From the NCBI GenBank assembly GCA_003228115.1, contig QEVV01000004.1, forward strand, positions 165,577 to 229,576: a stretch of 64,000 nucleotides of DNA, written 5' to 3'. Made by a program: the position numbers and the translations under genes. The notes below the pieces were generated by a model. The model made no database searches and was not told where the DNA came from. It worked only from the letters and a program-made list of their open reading frames with translations. Shown here piece after piece: positions 8,549 to 18,345 of this stretch. Each line of letters begins with the position of its first letter. Within the stretch, counting starts at the first letter, position 1. This DNA is from Chloroflexota bacterium (GTDB lineage: Bacteria; Chloroflexota; Dehalococcoidia; Lucifugimonadales; SAR202-VII-2).

Positions 8549-10033
8549 ATGCCTTATACATCCTGGATACCCTTCGCGGCAGTGGCCGTTCCCTTCTTGG
8601 TGACGGTTCCCATTGTGCTGTCATCACGCCGGCCCAACCTGCGGGAAACGTGGACAATAGCAGCCGCCTTTGCCACAGTCGGCCTAGTGGTTTCTATGCT
8701 GCCGGGGGTTTTGGACGGCAATATCCCGGAACTCAAGCTGTTCCAGATTTCCCCGGCGATTCCATTCACCCTGCGGGCGGACCCTCTTGGCTTGTTCTTT
8801 GCCCTGATTTCCTCATCGCTCTGGCTTCTGACCTCGTTCTACTCCATCGGCTACATGCGAGGCCACCACGAGCACAAGCAAACCCGCTACTACGCCAGCT
8901 TCGCCATAACAATGGCGGCGGCCGTCGGCCTGGCGTTTTCAGCCAACCTTCTAACCTTCCTGATCTTTTTCGAAATCATGACCTTCGCTACCTATCCTCT
9001 CGTCATCCACAGAGAAACGCCCGAGGCCATAGCGGGAGGCCGTAAGTATCTTGCCTACACGATGGTCGGGGGCCTGGCACTGCTCGGAGCCACGGCCTGG
9101 ACGTACTCGCTCGTCGGCACGCTGGACTTCCGTCCCGGCGGCATACTCACCCTCGACATACCCGCGGCCCAGCACTGGGGCCTGTTTCTTCTCTTCTGCC
9201 TGGGCGTAGGAGTGAAAGCTGGCGTCATGCCTTTCCATAGCTGGCTACCGACGGCCATGGTGGCGCCGACTCCCGTCAGCGCACTGCTCCACGCTGTCGC
9301 CGTTGTGAAGGCCGGTGTATTCGGCTTCCTCAGGGTTATCGGCTTCGTCTTCGGCACAAGCGTCCTCCTGGATTCCGGCGCTTGGCAGGTACTAGCGATA
9401 CTGGCCAGCATCACCATCGTCGTAGGCTCCCTGCTCGCCCTTGGACAGGACCACCTGAAACGGCGCCTTGCCTATTCCACCATCAGCCACCTGTCCTATA
9501 TCGTGCTAGGCGCAGCCCTCCTGGGGACAACCGCCTGGATGGGTGCCGTGCTCCATCTCGCGGCGCACGCCATAATGAAAATAACGCTGTTCTTTTGTGC
9601 GGGCGCCATCAACGTCAAGACTCATCGCACCCTGGTCAGCGAAATGGACGGCGTGGGACGGCAGATGCCCATCACGATGGGCGCTTTCGCCTTGGCATCC
9701 ATTGGCATGGCCGGTCTGCCACCCATCATCGGCTTCACAAGCAAGTGGCACCTGGCGTTGGGCGTTACGGAAGCTGGCTACCCCATCTTCATGGCCTTTC
9801 TGCTGATTAGCGGCCTGCTGAACATGGCTTACTTATTCCCCATCGTCTATCGTGCCTTCATGATCCGCTCTCCGCACTTCACACGGTTCGACGAGGCGTC
9901 TTGGTTCATGGTGATCCCCCTGGCATTAACCGGTATATTCTCTCTGGTTCTTGGGATCGTGCCCAACGTGCCTTTGCAGCTCTTTCGCCTGGCAGCAACC
10001 ATCGCAGCCAGCGTCACGGGAGGCGGAGGGTGA
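8549..10033 (+). CDS. second antiporter-like subunit (MnhD/NuoM family)
   Basis: 494 aa with FLIFFEIMTFATYPLV, MPFHSWLPTAM and RLAYSTISHL. Confidence 0.85.
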   Translation: MPYTSWIPFAAVAVPFLVTVPIVLSSRRPNLRETWTIAAAFATVGLVVSMLPGVLDGNIPELKLFQISPAIPFTLRADPLGLFFALISSSLWLLTSFYSIGYMRGHHEHKQTRYYASFAITMAAAVGLAFSANLLTFLIFFEIMTFATYPLVIHRETPEAIAGGRKYLAYTMVGGLALLGATAWTYSLVGTLDFRPGGILTLDIPAAQHWGLFLLFCLGVGVKAGVMPFHSWLPTAMVAPTPVSALLHAVAVVKAGVFGFLRVIGFVFGTSVLLDSGAWQVLAILASITIVVGSLLALGQDHLKRRLAYSTISHLSYIVLGAALLGTTAWMGAVLHLAAHAIMKITLFFCAGAINVKTHRTLVSEMDGVGRQMPITMGAFALASIGMAGLPPIIGFTSKWHLALGVTEAGYPIFMAFLLISGLLNMAYLFPIVYRAFMIRSPHFTRFDEASWFMVIPLALTGIFSLVLGIVPNVPLQLFRLAATIAASVTGGGG

Positions 10034-10251
10034 CGTTGAGCCGCACCGTACTAACGCTGGCCGCCCTTTCCCTTTTGGCCGTCGCCTTGGAAGTGTTCCT
10101 CGTCGGTGAGGGCGACCACGGAGCAGAGCCGTCCTTTTACTTCACAGGGCTTTACGCACTAATCAGCATTGGCGCCGCTATCGTGATGACGGTGGGCGTC
10201 AAACTCGTAGGCCGCCTCTGGCTGGAGCGCCACGAGGACTACTATGACTAG
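10030..10251 (+). CDS. small two-TM membrane protein within the mrp cluster
   Basis: In-frame GTG at 10030 overlaps the upstream stop. The hydrophobic 73-aa product overlaps the next gene by 8 nt. Confidence 0.4.
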   Translation: MTLSRTVLTLAALSLLAVALEVFLVGEGDHGAEPSFYFTGLYALISIGAAIVMTVGVKLVGRLWLERHEDYYD

Positions 10252-12013
10252 TATCCCGCCGGGTATGATCCTGGTTGGTGGAGCTGTCCTGCTCCCCTTG
10301 GTGCCGCCTCGGCTGCGCTCTTCCTTCTGCCTGCTCTTACCAGCCCTAGCGTTATTCCTCTTGCTGTTCTATGGGCGCGAGCTGGGAGCGGAGCTTTCGT
10401 TCCTTCAGTATCAACTTCAACCCGTCATTGCCGGGAACGGGTTGAGCATTCCCTTCGGTTATGTGATGGTCATCATGGCCTTCATTGGTGGCCTCTTTGC
10501 CTTCCATTCGAAGGACCTCGGTCAGCAGATAGCCGCACTTCTCTATGCAGGTTCATCCTTGGGTGTCGTCTTCGCCGGTGACCTGTTCACCCTGTTCGTG
10601 TTCTGGGAAGGGATGGCCTTGGCCTCGGCGTACCTGATCTTCGCCCGCCGCACCGAAAGGTCTCGCGGCGCAGGTTGGCGCTACCTGTGGGTTCACCTTG
10701 CAGGCAGCGCCGTTCTCATGGCCGGCATCATGCTCCACATAGCTGACACCGGTTCCCTGGCCTTCGGCCTGTTCGACCCAGCGGCCAAGACCGCGGGCGC
10801 TTGGCTAATCTTGATAGGATTTGCCGTCAATGCGGCTATTCCCCCCCTGCATGCCTGGCTCTCAGATGCCTACCCCGAAGCCACTGTTACGGGGTCGGTG
10901 TTCCTGAGCGCCTTCACCACCAAGACCGCTGTCTACGTGCTAGCGGTCGGCTTCGCTGGCTGGGACCTTCTCATCTGGGCTGGCGTGACTATGGCCCTCT
11001 ATGGCGTCGTTTACGCCATCCTGGCAAACGACATCAGACGCCTGCTCGCCTACCACATCATCAGCCAAGTTGGTTACATGGTCGCTGCCGTGGGAATCGG
11101 CACGGAACTCGCAGTGAACGGAGCTACCGCCCATGCCTTCGCCCACATTATTTACAAGGGACTCATGTTCATGGGGGTGGGTGTCGTCTTGCATACCGTC
11201 GGCACTGCCAAGGCATCGGAGTTGGGCGGCTTTGCGAAGGCCATGCCGGTTGTCATGGTGCTCTACATGGTGGGAGCTGTCTCCATCTCTGGCTTTCCGT
11301 TGTTCAGCGGCTTCGTCAGCAAATCGATGGTCATAGCTGCCGCCTTCGAAGACCACCGAGACATCGTCGGTGTCCTACTCAGCGTTGCTTCGGTGGGGAC
11401 ATTCCTAAGCACTGGGCTAAAGTTGCCCTACTTCACCTGGTTCGGACGCAATCGGGGCGCCACCATGACCAGGGGTGTTCCCGTCAGCATGTATGTGGGC
11501 ATGGCGGCGGCCGCAGTGCTTTGCCTCGTCATCGGGGTATATCCTCACATCCTCTATAAGCTGCTCCCCTATGCAGTCCACTACGAGGCCTACACCTCGG
11601 CGCATTTGATGGAGACGGCCCAGATCCTTGTGGGAACGGCGCTCGTCTTCTACTTACTGATTAAGGTGCTCCAGCCCCACGACACCATAGCCCTGGATGT
11701 CGACTGGCTCTATAGAAAGGGGGCCAGGCCAGCCTACGTCCTTTTGGTCGAGGGCCCGGCATGGGTCTTCACTCGGATTGAAGAGAAGGCCGTCGCAGCC
11801 ATCAATGTTCTCACCAGGCTGGCCACAAACCCCGTGGCGTTCTTTCCAGCGGCGGCACGACGGCTCGGCATCGAGAGATCAGCGCTCCAAGGAGACGGCT
11901 CAAGCCCGCCACCCTTTAACCCAGACCGGTACCGGCTGTCGGTGGGCCTAGGATTGGGCCTGGTTGTCATGACCTTCGTTGTGGTCATAGCCTGGGCATT
12001 GCTAGTGCAATAG
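10244..12013 (+). CDS. third antiporter-like subunit (MnhA/D, NuoL-like)
   Basis: 589 aa with LFVFWEGMALASAYLI, PPLHAWLSDAYPEA and LLAYHIISQVGYM. Confidence 0.8.
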   Translation: MTSIPPGMILVGGAVLLPLVPPRLRSSFCLLLPALALFLLLFYGRELGAELSFLQYQLQPVIAGNGLSIPFGYVMVIMAFIGGLFAFHSKDLGQQIAALLYAGSSLGVVFAGDLFTLFVFWEGMALASAYLIFARRTERSRGAGWRYLWVHLAGSAVLMAGIMLHIADTGSLAFGLFDPAAKTAGAWLILIGFAVNAAIPPLHAWLSDAYPEATVTGSVFLSAFTTKTAVYVLAVGFAGWDLLIWAGVTMALYGVVYAILANDIRRLLAYHIISQVGYMVAAVGIGTELAVNGATAHAFAHIIYKGLMFMGVGVVLHTVGTAKASELGGFAKAMPVVMVLYMVGAVSISGFPLFSGFVSKSMVIAAAFEDHRDIVGVLLSVASVGTFLSTGLKLPYFTWFGRNRGATMTRGVPVSMYVGMAAAAVLCLVIGVYPHILYKLLPYAVHYEAYTSAHLMETAQILVGTALVFYLLIKVLQPHDTIALDVDWLYRKGARPAYVLLVEGPAWVFTRIEEKAVAAINVLTRLATNPVAFFPAAARRLGIERSALQGDGSSPPPFNPDRYRLSVGLGLGLVVMTFVVVIAWALLVQ

Positions 12014-12131
12014 CCGTAATCGAAGTGAGTTGGGCAGCAGCCGGTGGGGCGTTAGAGAAGCCGGTGTTGCGTCGTAGCGCCCATGCCGTTCTTTACGCCT
12101 GGCCGAGTCCTGCGCTATAGTCTCAGAGTAC

Positions 12132-12206
12132 GCCCCCGTAGCTCAGGGGATAGAGTGCTGGCCTCCGGAGCCAGAGACGGGAGTTCGAATCTCCCCGGGG
12201 GTACCA
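12132..12206 (+). tRNA. tRNA-Arg (anticodon CCG)
   Basis: Cloverleaf readable by eye. Acceptor gcccccg/cgggggt, D-arm tagctcaggggatagagtg, anticodon stem-loop ctggc-CTCCGGA-gccag, T-arm gggagttcgaatctccc, encoded CCA. Confidence 0.9.
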
Positions 12207-13360
12207 CCTTTCTCCTGTAGGGTTGGATCAAACTCCCGCGGGGTTTGGGATGGTTTACCCGAGCGCAGGAGCCTCAGTGGAGAGAACTCCTCAAGCTCCC
12301 CTAAAAGATCGTACTGCACGTATCGATCCGTTACACCCCCAGAGGCGTGTCCGAGCAACCTTTGGGCTACGTCCAACCGTCTTGAGAAGCGAAATACCCA
12401 CGTAGCGAACGTATCTCTAACGTCGTATGCGGCAGCCTCCACGCTAGCCTGCCTCAACATGGCCCTGAGGACATCCCCAATGCCACGAGAACTCAGCGGA
12501 AGTCCGTTCTTTACGGCCCGAAAGACAGTTTCGTCGTCAGCAAGGACTCCCCCCAGGCCACCAAGTAACGCCATGGTCTCCGGCAGCACCGGCGAGGGCG
12601 TCCGCCTGGGCTGGCCACTCCGCCTCTTCTGTCGCCGGTTAATAAGACGATCGTCTCCGACCCTTCGCACATCACCTGCGGTAAGCCTTGATTGCTCTAT
12701 CGGACGCCATCCGTGCCCAAAGGCCAAATGCCAAATTGCTTGATCCCTCGGGGATTTTTCGAGGGCGTCAACAGCCGCTGCCTCTCTGCCTCCCAGAGGA
12801 TTCGGTCCCGCCGAATCTACGCTGTCCTTAGACGGAGGGGCAACCGGGTTTCTCTCTAGCAGCCGCATAGAATCAATGGCATGCTGGTAGAGCCGTCGAA
12901 GGCTTGATTGTCGATTGAACCGCGTACGCCCGGTCGAGCCAGTCCAATGAAATTCCAAGAACTCTCGGATAGGCTGCCACTCCACCGGTAGAAAACGGAA
13001 TTCTCGCGCAAAAGGACCCCAGGCCTTCTGCCCCTCAGTAACGGCAGGCCTATGATCATTAAAGAGCAACTCCCTAACTAGGTCGTCAACGACATCGTTC
13101 GTCGGTATCGGGTGGTGGGCATTACTGACTGGCGGTGGCTGGGCAGGACGAACAAGTCCAAGGCACTCCCAGGTCGCTTTATGTAGCCGACCTCCTTCGT
13201 AACAATAGCCGAATGACGCCTGGGGCCAAGGCATTCCGAGAAGGGGATGAGGAGGAACACCCCAAAGCGGGGATTGCGTTGCAAACGTTGAAGATGAAAT
13301 TGGCCGACCTCCTCTACCAGTGAAATCCCCAAGTGGGCCGTTCGCAAAGTAACGACCCAT
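12143..13360 (-). mobile_element. tyrosine recombinase / phage-type integrase
   Basis: Box I GWRPIE, box II YDVRDTFATW, and LLGHASGGVTDRYV (His...Tyr nucleophile). The last 21 sense codons plus the stop (12143-12208) run antisense over the tRNA-Arg gene. The N-terminal start is uncertain. Confidence 0.8.
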
Positions 13361-13565
13361 TTAATTCTAATGGATCCCTGCCGCCACCCACCAACGCGGA
13401 AAAACCCTCACCTTCAAAAGCCTCCATGAACATCGGGACTTAGCGTTGTTGATCCCCCATCTTGACCTCTGCAATGCTGATTGCCGTAGCCTTTGCTGAA
13501 TTTGGGTTGCCCGCGAAGCCCGCCGCCGCATCGCTGTCACCGAACCGATGGGGGGGGTCCTGGAC

Positions 13566-13595
13566 GGGGAGATCGACTCTCCCCCGTCTCCACCA
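13566..13595 (+). repeat. tRNA 3'-end-like fragment (T-arm + acceptor strand + CCA)
   Basis: ggggag-atcgact-ctcccc T-arm-like hairpin, then cgtctcc-a-cca. No matching 5' half lies upstream. 14 nt resemble the tRNA-Arg T-loop region with 2 mismatches. Confidence 0.5.
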
Positions 13596-13611
13596 TGAAC
13601 ACAACAGGCTC

Positions 13612-13642
13612 GCGCTAGGTGGCTAGCGCCTTGAGTTTTTCT
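13612..13642 (+). terminator. intrinsic terminator-like hairpin after the tRNA-like fragment
   Basis: Stem-loop gcgctag-gtgg-ctagcgc, followed by cttgagtttttctttc. Confidence 0.45.
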
Positions 13643-13696
13643 TTCGTAGACCGCCTTTCGAGCCAGCCGTTTCTCAGAGGGGTATAGTATTATCCC

Positions 13697-14143
13697 ATGA
13701 GGCTTTTGTGGGTAATTCCTCTAGGAGCCGCCTCGGCCACTGCCGCCAACGCGGTTTTCTACTACTTAGTTACCGCTGGCTTTGGCGAAGAATTTCTTTT
13801 TCCGAATCAGTTCCCTCCGCCGGACCTGGCAGCCATGCCCGTGAACGACGTGATCATCTTCAGCGTGATTTTCTCTCTTGGCGCTGGGATCGTATTTGCC
13901 CAGGTCTCCAACCTAGCTAGAAAGCCCATTCGGATCTACCTAGTAATCGCCATTGTGACGCTCTTCCTCTCATTCGCTGTTCCCCTGAGTATCTCCTCAC
14001 CCCCAGTAGCCATGTCACACAAGCTCGTCCTCGTTGCTCTGCATGTTTTGGGTGCCATGGGTGTCGTCGGCACTCTCGTAGCCCTTGGTAGAGGAAATAA
14101 TCGTGGCAATCCTGGCCAGGCGGATGCAGAATTACGGGCATAG
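13697..14143 (+). CDS. four-TM membrane protein of unknown function
   Basis: 148-aa ORF with four clear hydrophobic helices. No recognisable catalytic motif. Confidence 0.5.
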   Translation: MRLLWVIPLGAASATAANAVFYYLVTAGFGEEFLFPNQFPPPDLAAMPVNDVIIFSVIFSLGAGIVFAQVSNLARKPIRIYLVIAIVTLFLSFAVPLSISSPPVAMSHKLVLVALHVLGAMGVVGTLVALGRGNNRGNPGQADAELRA

Positions 14144-14264
14144 CTCAGTAGATGGCTGGAAGCTAACGGAAAGGCCTGCAGGCACAACACGACGGTCGAA
14201 TCAAAAGGGCAGTAATGGGTGGCTCAGTAATCCTCAGGTTGTGAATATCAGGGGGTTCTAGGTC

Positions 14265-14450
14265 TTACCTAGCTATCCCCTGATGCAAGTCGGAACGCCA
14301 CGGTCTTGCCACTCCCATCACGCGACAGATCTCCGCCTTCGAATCACCTTGGAACTTTAGCGCCTTGGCCCTGGCTTTTCGGGCCTCCGATGATGTGCCG
14401 TCCCAGGGTACTTGTGTGTGGTCTCGCCTTTGCCGCTTCTTTCGAGCCAC
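14265..14450 (-). pseudogene. possible helix-turn-helix remnant of a recombinase or transposase
   Basis: 61-aa basic ORF. The KAEICRVMGVARPW segment looks like an HTH. It is isolated inside the island. Confidence 0.2.
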
Positions 14451-14542
14451 TACAGGCCGACTGTTTCTGGAACTTTCAGAGACCCCTGTCCGTCTGGAGA
14501 AAGTTGAACTGGTTTAGCAGCGCTCCTATTGGAGGACACTTC

Positions 14543-15283
14543 ATGAAAAGGTGTCTGTTAGTGCTTTTAGGACTTGCACCCTTGCTGGTGGCGGCTGTGG
14601 GTTGTGCCGGCGTCCTGAGCACTCCCACCCGGACGCCAATTCCATCGCCCACACCAGCCCCGCTCAAGGAATGGGTGTGGAAGGCGTTGGTGTGGAGGAT
14701 ACCACCGTTACGGTGCTGCTGCGGGTATACGCAGGTGTTGATGTCCAAGTGACCTTGGATGGCCAAGATGCTGACCAGGTCGAGGGTCCTCCGCCTATCC
14801 TTCGATACGTTTTTGAAAACGTGGCCCCTGGAACATATGAGGCGCAGGTAAGGGACGTGGTAGGCCACCATGAGAACCTTGAAGTTGTGGTGCCCCAGGT
14901 CGCTGAGCCCGCCGTCAGCTTCAATGACTTGTTTGCCAGCCCGGACACATACAGGGGAACCGAGATCTTGCTTGAGGGATTCTTCTTCATGGGGACTGAG
15001 ACCATTGTATTGAGCGAGCTGCTTGAGCCCTCCGGTCAGGCCGCCGGACACGTATGGCCCAAGGGACGCATGGTATGGGTGGAAGGCTCAATTCCATCTG
15101 ATATCTATGGACGGCCTCTACCAACAAATAGTAATTGGGCCATTGGAGCGCTATGGAAGCGTGCTGGTGAGAGGCCGCTTTGAGCACGGGGGTCGGTATG
15201 GGCATACGGGAGCCTTCGAGTCCCAGGTCGTTCTCACCGAGATGGAGTTGTTGCCGTGGTCGCCGCCACCGGGGCAAGGTTAG
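14543..15283 (+). pseudogene. lipoprotein gene disrupted by two frameshifts
   Basis: A lipobox signal peptide MKRCLLVLLGLAPLLVAAVGCAG begins at 14543. The body continues in another frame (ORF 14551-15183) from about 14660. The protein-like C-terminus returns to the first frame from about 15110 (ORF 15023-15283). Confidence 0.45.
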
Positions 15284-15345
15284 TCCCTAGGAAGCCCCTA
15301 TTTTTAGAACTGGCAAAGAACAAAGCTTAGGTGAGAGGCGATGTG

Positions 15346-15368
15346 GGTGGTGGAGCTGGAGGTCGAAT
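15346..15368 (-). repeat. tRNA-Ala-like 3'-end fragment, copy 1 (direct repeat)
   Basis: ggtggtggagctggagg+tcgaat; the reverse complement reads attcga..cctccagctccacca (T-loop, acceptor strand, CCA). Confidence 0.6.
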
Positions 15369-15722
15369 GTGGTCGCCTAGTCGACTGGTTGAACGGCTCG
15401 CAGAGTTGCTGGGAGCGTAGATTGAGCATCGCACCAACCTAGTACTGCTCCGCCAGACCCGTGAGCCAACAGTCGGTTAGGCAGCGTGCGAGCCTATTGG
15501 ACCAACTTGGTAGGAAGCGGCCCTCATTGAGCCCCATCGCGATTCGGGCCTCCCAGACTGGCTTCAACTCAGCGAATCCTGTGGCTGCATATGTGACTAC
15601 TTCCGCCAGGGCCGTGGGCTAGTCTGGCTTGGTGGCCTGCCTACAAAGCCACGTTCAAAGACCTTTTCTTGCGAATGTTTTCATGCTACAGTCCACTCAA
15701 AAGAGGCTCGCTTATTGGATAA

Positions 15723-16673
15723 ATGCGTCATGGAGGAGAGAGCATGCTGAAGAAGCTACAGTTAGAGACCACGTACCCGTTCCAGGGCCTCCCGGAGCTT
15801 GTCGCCTTCGACGAAGGCCTGTTCAAGGCTGAAGGGCTGGACATAGAGTGGACTCCCCGTCAGGAAGCCACCTACATCGTCAAGGCTGACCGTAACGTCA
15901 CCGACTGGAATGAGGTGAGCGCCTTCGCAAGCCACGGAAGCGCAGCCGAGGGTGGCCACGCTTGCCTGTACAACGCCTGCGAGTGGGGCAACTATCGCCG
16001 CGTCGACGACTCCAACAACAGCAGCAGGCAGATCGGTAGGCGGGCCATAATGACATACGGCGCCATTGCCGTGCCCCCGCACTCCGAGATTTACACCCTT
16101 CAGCAGCTTGCTAACATTCCGGTAGGTGTGCCCTACCACGCGGGCACCCACTATTTGGCGATTCTGCTGCTTGAGGGCTTTCTGCCCCGAGAGGCTATCA
16201 AGACCTGTCTGGCGCCAAACGGCGGCCGTAGACGGTTCGAGGCCCTCATGAGCGGGGAACTCGAGGCGACCACGCTCACCGAGCCTTATGTGACTGTAGC
16301 TGAGCGAGCGGGATGCCGCATCGTAGCGTCTGCCTTCTACCACGGCACCGAGGTGGCCACCCCCGAGGTGGACGGCCTCACCTACCTGGCATTCAACCGT
16401 GCGGTACGGGAAGCCGTCGTCCGTATCAACGCTGACAAGCTCAAGTATCTGCAGTATTTCATCGACTACCACAAGAGCGACCCTCTTGTGGCGGAATTGA
16501 CGGTCAACGACCTGCAGCCCGGCAGGCTCCAGGTCGCCAACCCGTCCCCGATCCCGGAGGACGAGCTTCGGCGCACCTACGAATGGATGAAGAGTTGGGA
16601 CATGCTTCAGGACGTTACCTTGGAAGAACTCGTCGATGTAGAAGCGCAGCGGCTCGCTCACGCGACTTTGTAG
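15723..16673 (+). CDS. NMT1/THI5-like (SsuA/TauA-type periplasmic-binding fold) protein without a signal peptide
   Basis: LPELVAFDEGLFKAEGLDIEW near the N-terminus and the overall layout resemble the NMT1-like domain. The start may be ATG 15744. Confidence 0.55.
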   Translation: MRHGGESMLKKLQLETTYPFQGLPELVAFDEGLFKAEGLDIEWTPRQEATYIVKADRNVTDWNEVSAFASHGSAAEGGHACLYNACEWGNYRRVDDSNNSSRQIGRRAIMTYGAIAVPPHSEIYTLQQLANIPVGVPYHAGTHYLAILLLEGFLPREAIKTCLAPNGGRRRFEALMSGELEATTLTEPYVTVAERAGCRIVASAFYHGTEVATPEVDGLTYLAFNRAVREAVVRINADKLKYLQYFIDYHKSDPLVAELTVNDLQPGRLQVANPSPIPEDELRRTYEWMKSWDMLQDVTLEELVDVEAQRLAHATL

Positions 16674-16856
16674 GATGGGGAAAGCACTGGGTTTGGGACC
16701 GCCGAAAGAAGAGCGGGGGATCCAGCCTGGAGTTTTTCAGCAGCCTGCTAGTGAAGGGCCTGATGCTACAGGCCAGAGCTACGAGTGGCAGAGTGAGGCC
16801 AACAGTAAAGGGAGCGGAGCGCTCGTGCCGGCCCCGCTGTCAGCAAGATTGGAGCG

Positions 16857-16889
16857 AAGGCCCCTCATAACGAGGGGCTTTCTTTTTAA
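16857..16889 (+). terminator. intrinsic terminator
   Basis: aaggcccctc-ataac-gaggggctt stem-loop followed by tctttttaa. Confidence 0.5.
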
Positions 16890-17054
16890 TAACGAGAACG
16901 TTCTCTGCCAGCATAAGCTCGACAACAGGCTGTGGTAGACTGCCGTATCAGCACAGCGGGTCAAGTCAAACCTACTAGGTTCAGCACCAAGCGCCAGTGT
17001 GTGTAGCCAGCGCTAGGAGGCGGACCGCTCGGTTACTAACGCAAGGAGGGAAAG

Positions 17055-18044
17055 ATGCCGAACTTTTACGACGAGTGGCTGGGCCTCTGGGATAAGGCAA
17101 CGAAAGAGAAGCAGGAGGCCCGCAGAGTCATTCATGCGGAAGAGATAGAGTGGGTCAGCACCCCCCAGGATGCGAGCGTGGGTCTGCTAGCGGCTCCGGA
17201 GACGGGCTTCCGTACCTGGGGTACGGTTACCATGATCGCCGAAATCCCGGTGGGCTGGAACACGGGGAAGCACGCCCACGGCGAAGAGGGCATCCACATC
17301 GTGGAGGGCGAGGGATTCAGCGTTGTCAACGGCGTTCGTTACGACTGGGACAAGGGAACCACAATCTGGATTCCCTTTGGGGCCACGCACCAGCACTTCA
17401 ACACGGGTTCGGAACCCGCCCTGTACTACTCGGCTATGGCGGTGCATCTGGAGCACTTCGTGGGACTGCACAAGATGGAGCAGATTGAGGAGTGTGGCTA
17501 TACCGAATACCTCCCTGAAACGGAGGCATCCCCCGACGGATTGGACGAACTCGGACGCCGGATCTCCCTGCGATGGGACGACGCTCCCCGGCGAGAAGGT
17601 GGGGAGGACACGAAAAAGAACGAAGCTGCCCACTTTTCCGGCGACACCAACGAGGCGACCAAGGCGGCCCATCACGCCTTTATGCTGGGCTTTATGGGTT
17701 CCCCCCGGGCTGGCCAAGGCTTTCACAACAAGGAGATCGAGATCAGCGGCGTCTTAGGGGACGCTCCTCACACCCACGGAGGCAGACACGCTCATATGGA
17801 GGCGATCCTTTACGTTCTTCAAGGCGAGGGGTACACAATTATGGACGACGAGAGGGTGGAGTGGAAGAAGGGTTCGTGTTTCCACGTGCAGGGACCCCAA
17901 ACAATGCACCAGCACTTCGTGACCAGCGACGTGGCCTCCCATCTGCTGCGGACGGCGCCTGGGATCCGCTCGCAGTTCTTCCAGGACCTCGCCAAGGAGC
18001 GCTTCCCCTATCAGGTGTTCGAGGGTGCAGGACCAAACAAGTAG
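17055..18044 (+). CDS. bicupin protein (gentisate 1,2-dioxygenase-like fold)
   Basis: Two cupin motifs: GKHAHGEEGIHIVEGEG....G.....PFGATHQHFN and HGGRHAHMEAILYVLQGEG.......G....V.GPQTMHQHF. Confidence 0.7.
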   Translation: MPNFYDEWLGLWDKATKEKQEARRVIHAEEIEWVSTPQDASVGLLAAPETGFRTWGTVTMIAEIPVGWNTGKHAHGEEGIHIVEGEGFSVVNGVRYDWDKGTTIWIPFGATHQHFNTGSEPALYYSAMAVHLEHFVGLHKMEQIEECGYTEYLPETEASPDGLDELGRRISLRWDDAPRREGGEDTKKNEAAHFSGDTNEATKAAHHAFMLGFMGSPRAGQGFHNKEIEISGVLGDAPHTHGGRHAHMEAILYVLQGEGYTIMDDERVEWKKGSCFHVQGPQTMHQHFVTSDVASHLLRTAPGIRSQFFQDLAKERFPYQVFEGAGPNK

Positions 18045-18302
18045 AGAATAAACGACGCCAGAGAAAAACTCGCTCAAGGCAATGGGCAGCGTGTGTGCAC
18101 TCTGCTCAGGGCCCTTGCGGCAATGCGTCGGCGCTAGTCCCGGTACTCAGGGACGTTGCCGGGATACCTGCTCCCACGTCACGCCGCCCTACAACAGGCC
18201 GACGCACTTCGGTTCAAGGAAGGCCTGATCATTGACAAGACACCACGGCGAGAGGCAATTCCAGGCCTATTGGCACAAGAATTGGCCTAGTGCGGACAAG
18301 GA

Positions 18303-18336
18303 AAGGCCCCCGGAACCTTCCGGGGGCCTTATTTCG
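18303..18336 (+). terminator. intrinsic terminator
   Basis: aaggcccccggaa / ttccgggggcctt stem followed by atttcg. Confidence 0.65.
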
Positions 18337-18345
18337 TGCCTAAGA

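Noticed and set aside
13566-13595. attR of the tRNA-Arg island.
   Set aside because: The T-loop part resembles tRNA-Arg (2 mismatches in 14 nt). However, the acceptor strand (cgtctcc) cannot pair with the tRNA-Arg 5' end (gcccccg). It derives from a different tRNA and is not the matching att repeat.
15400-15625. Minus-strand reading frame ALAEVVTYAATGFAELKPVWEARIAMGLNEGRFLPSWSNRLARCLTDCWLTGLAEQY* as a gene remnant.
   Set aside because: It looks protein-like but is short, has no start codon or recognisable family, and is not in the ORF track. The support is insufficient.
15762-16661. 299-aa minus-strand ORF.
   Set aside because: It lies fully antisense to the NMT1-like CDS (15723-16673) and has no motifs. 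It is a typical GC-rich shadow ORF.
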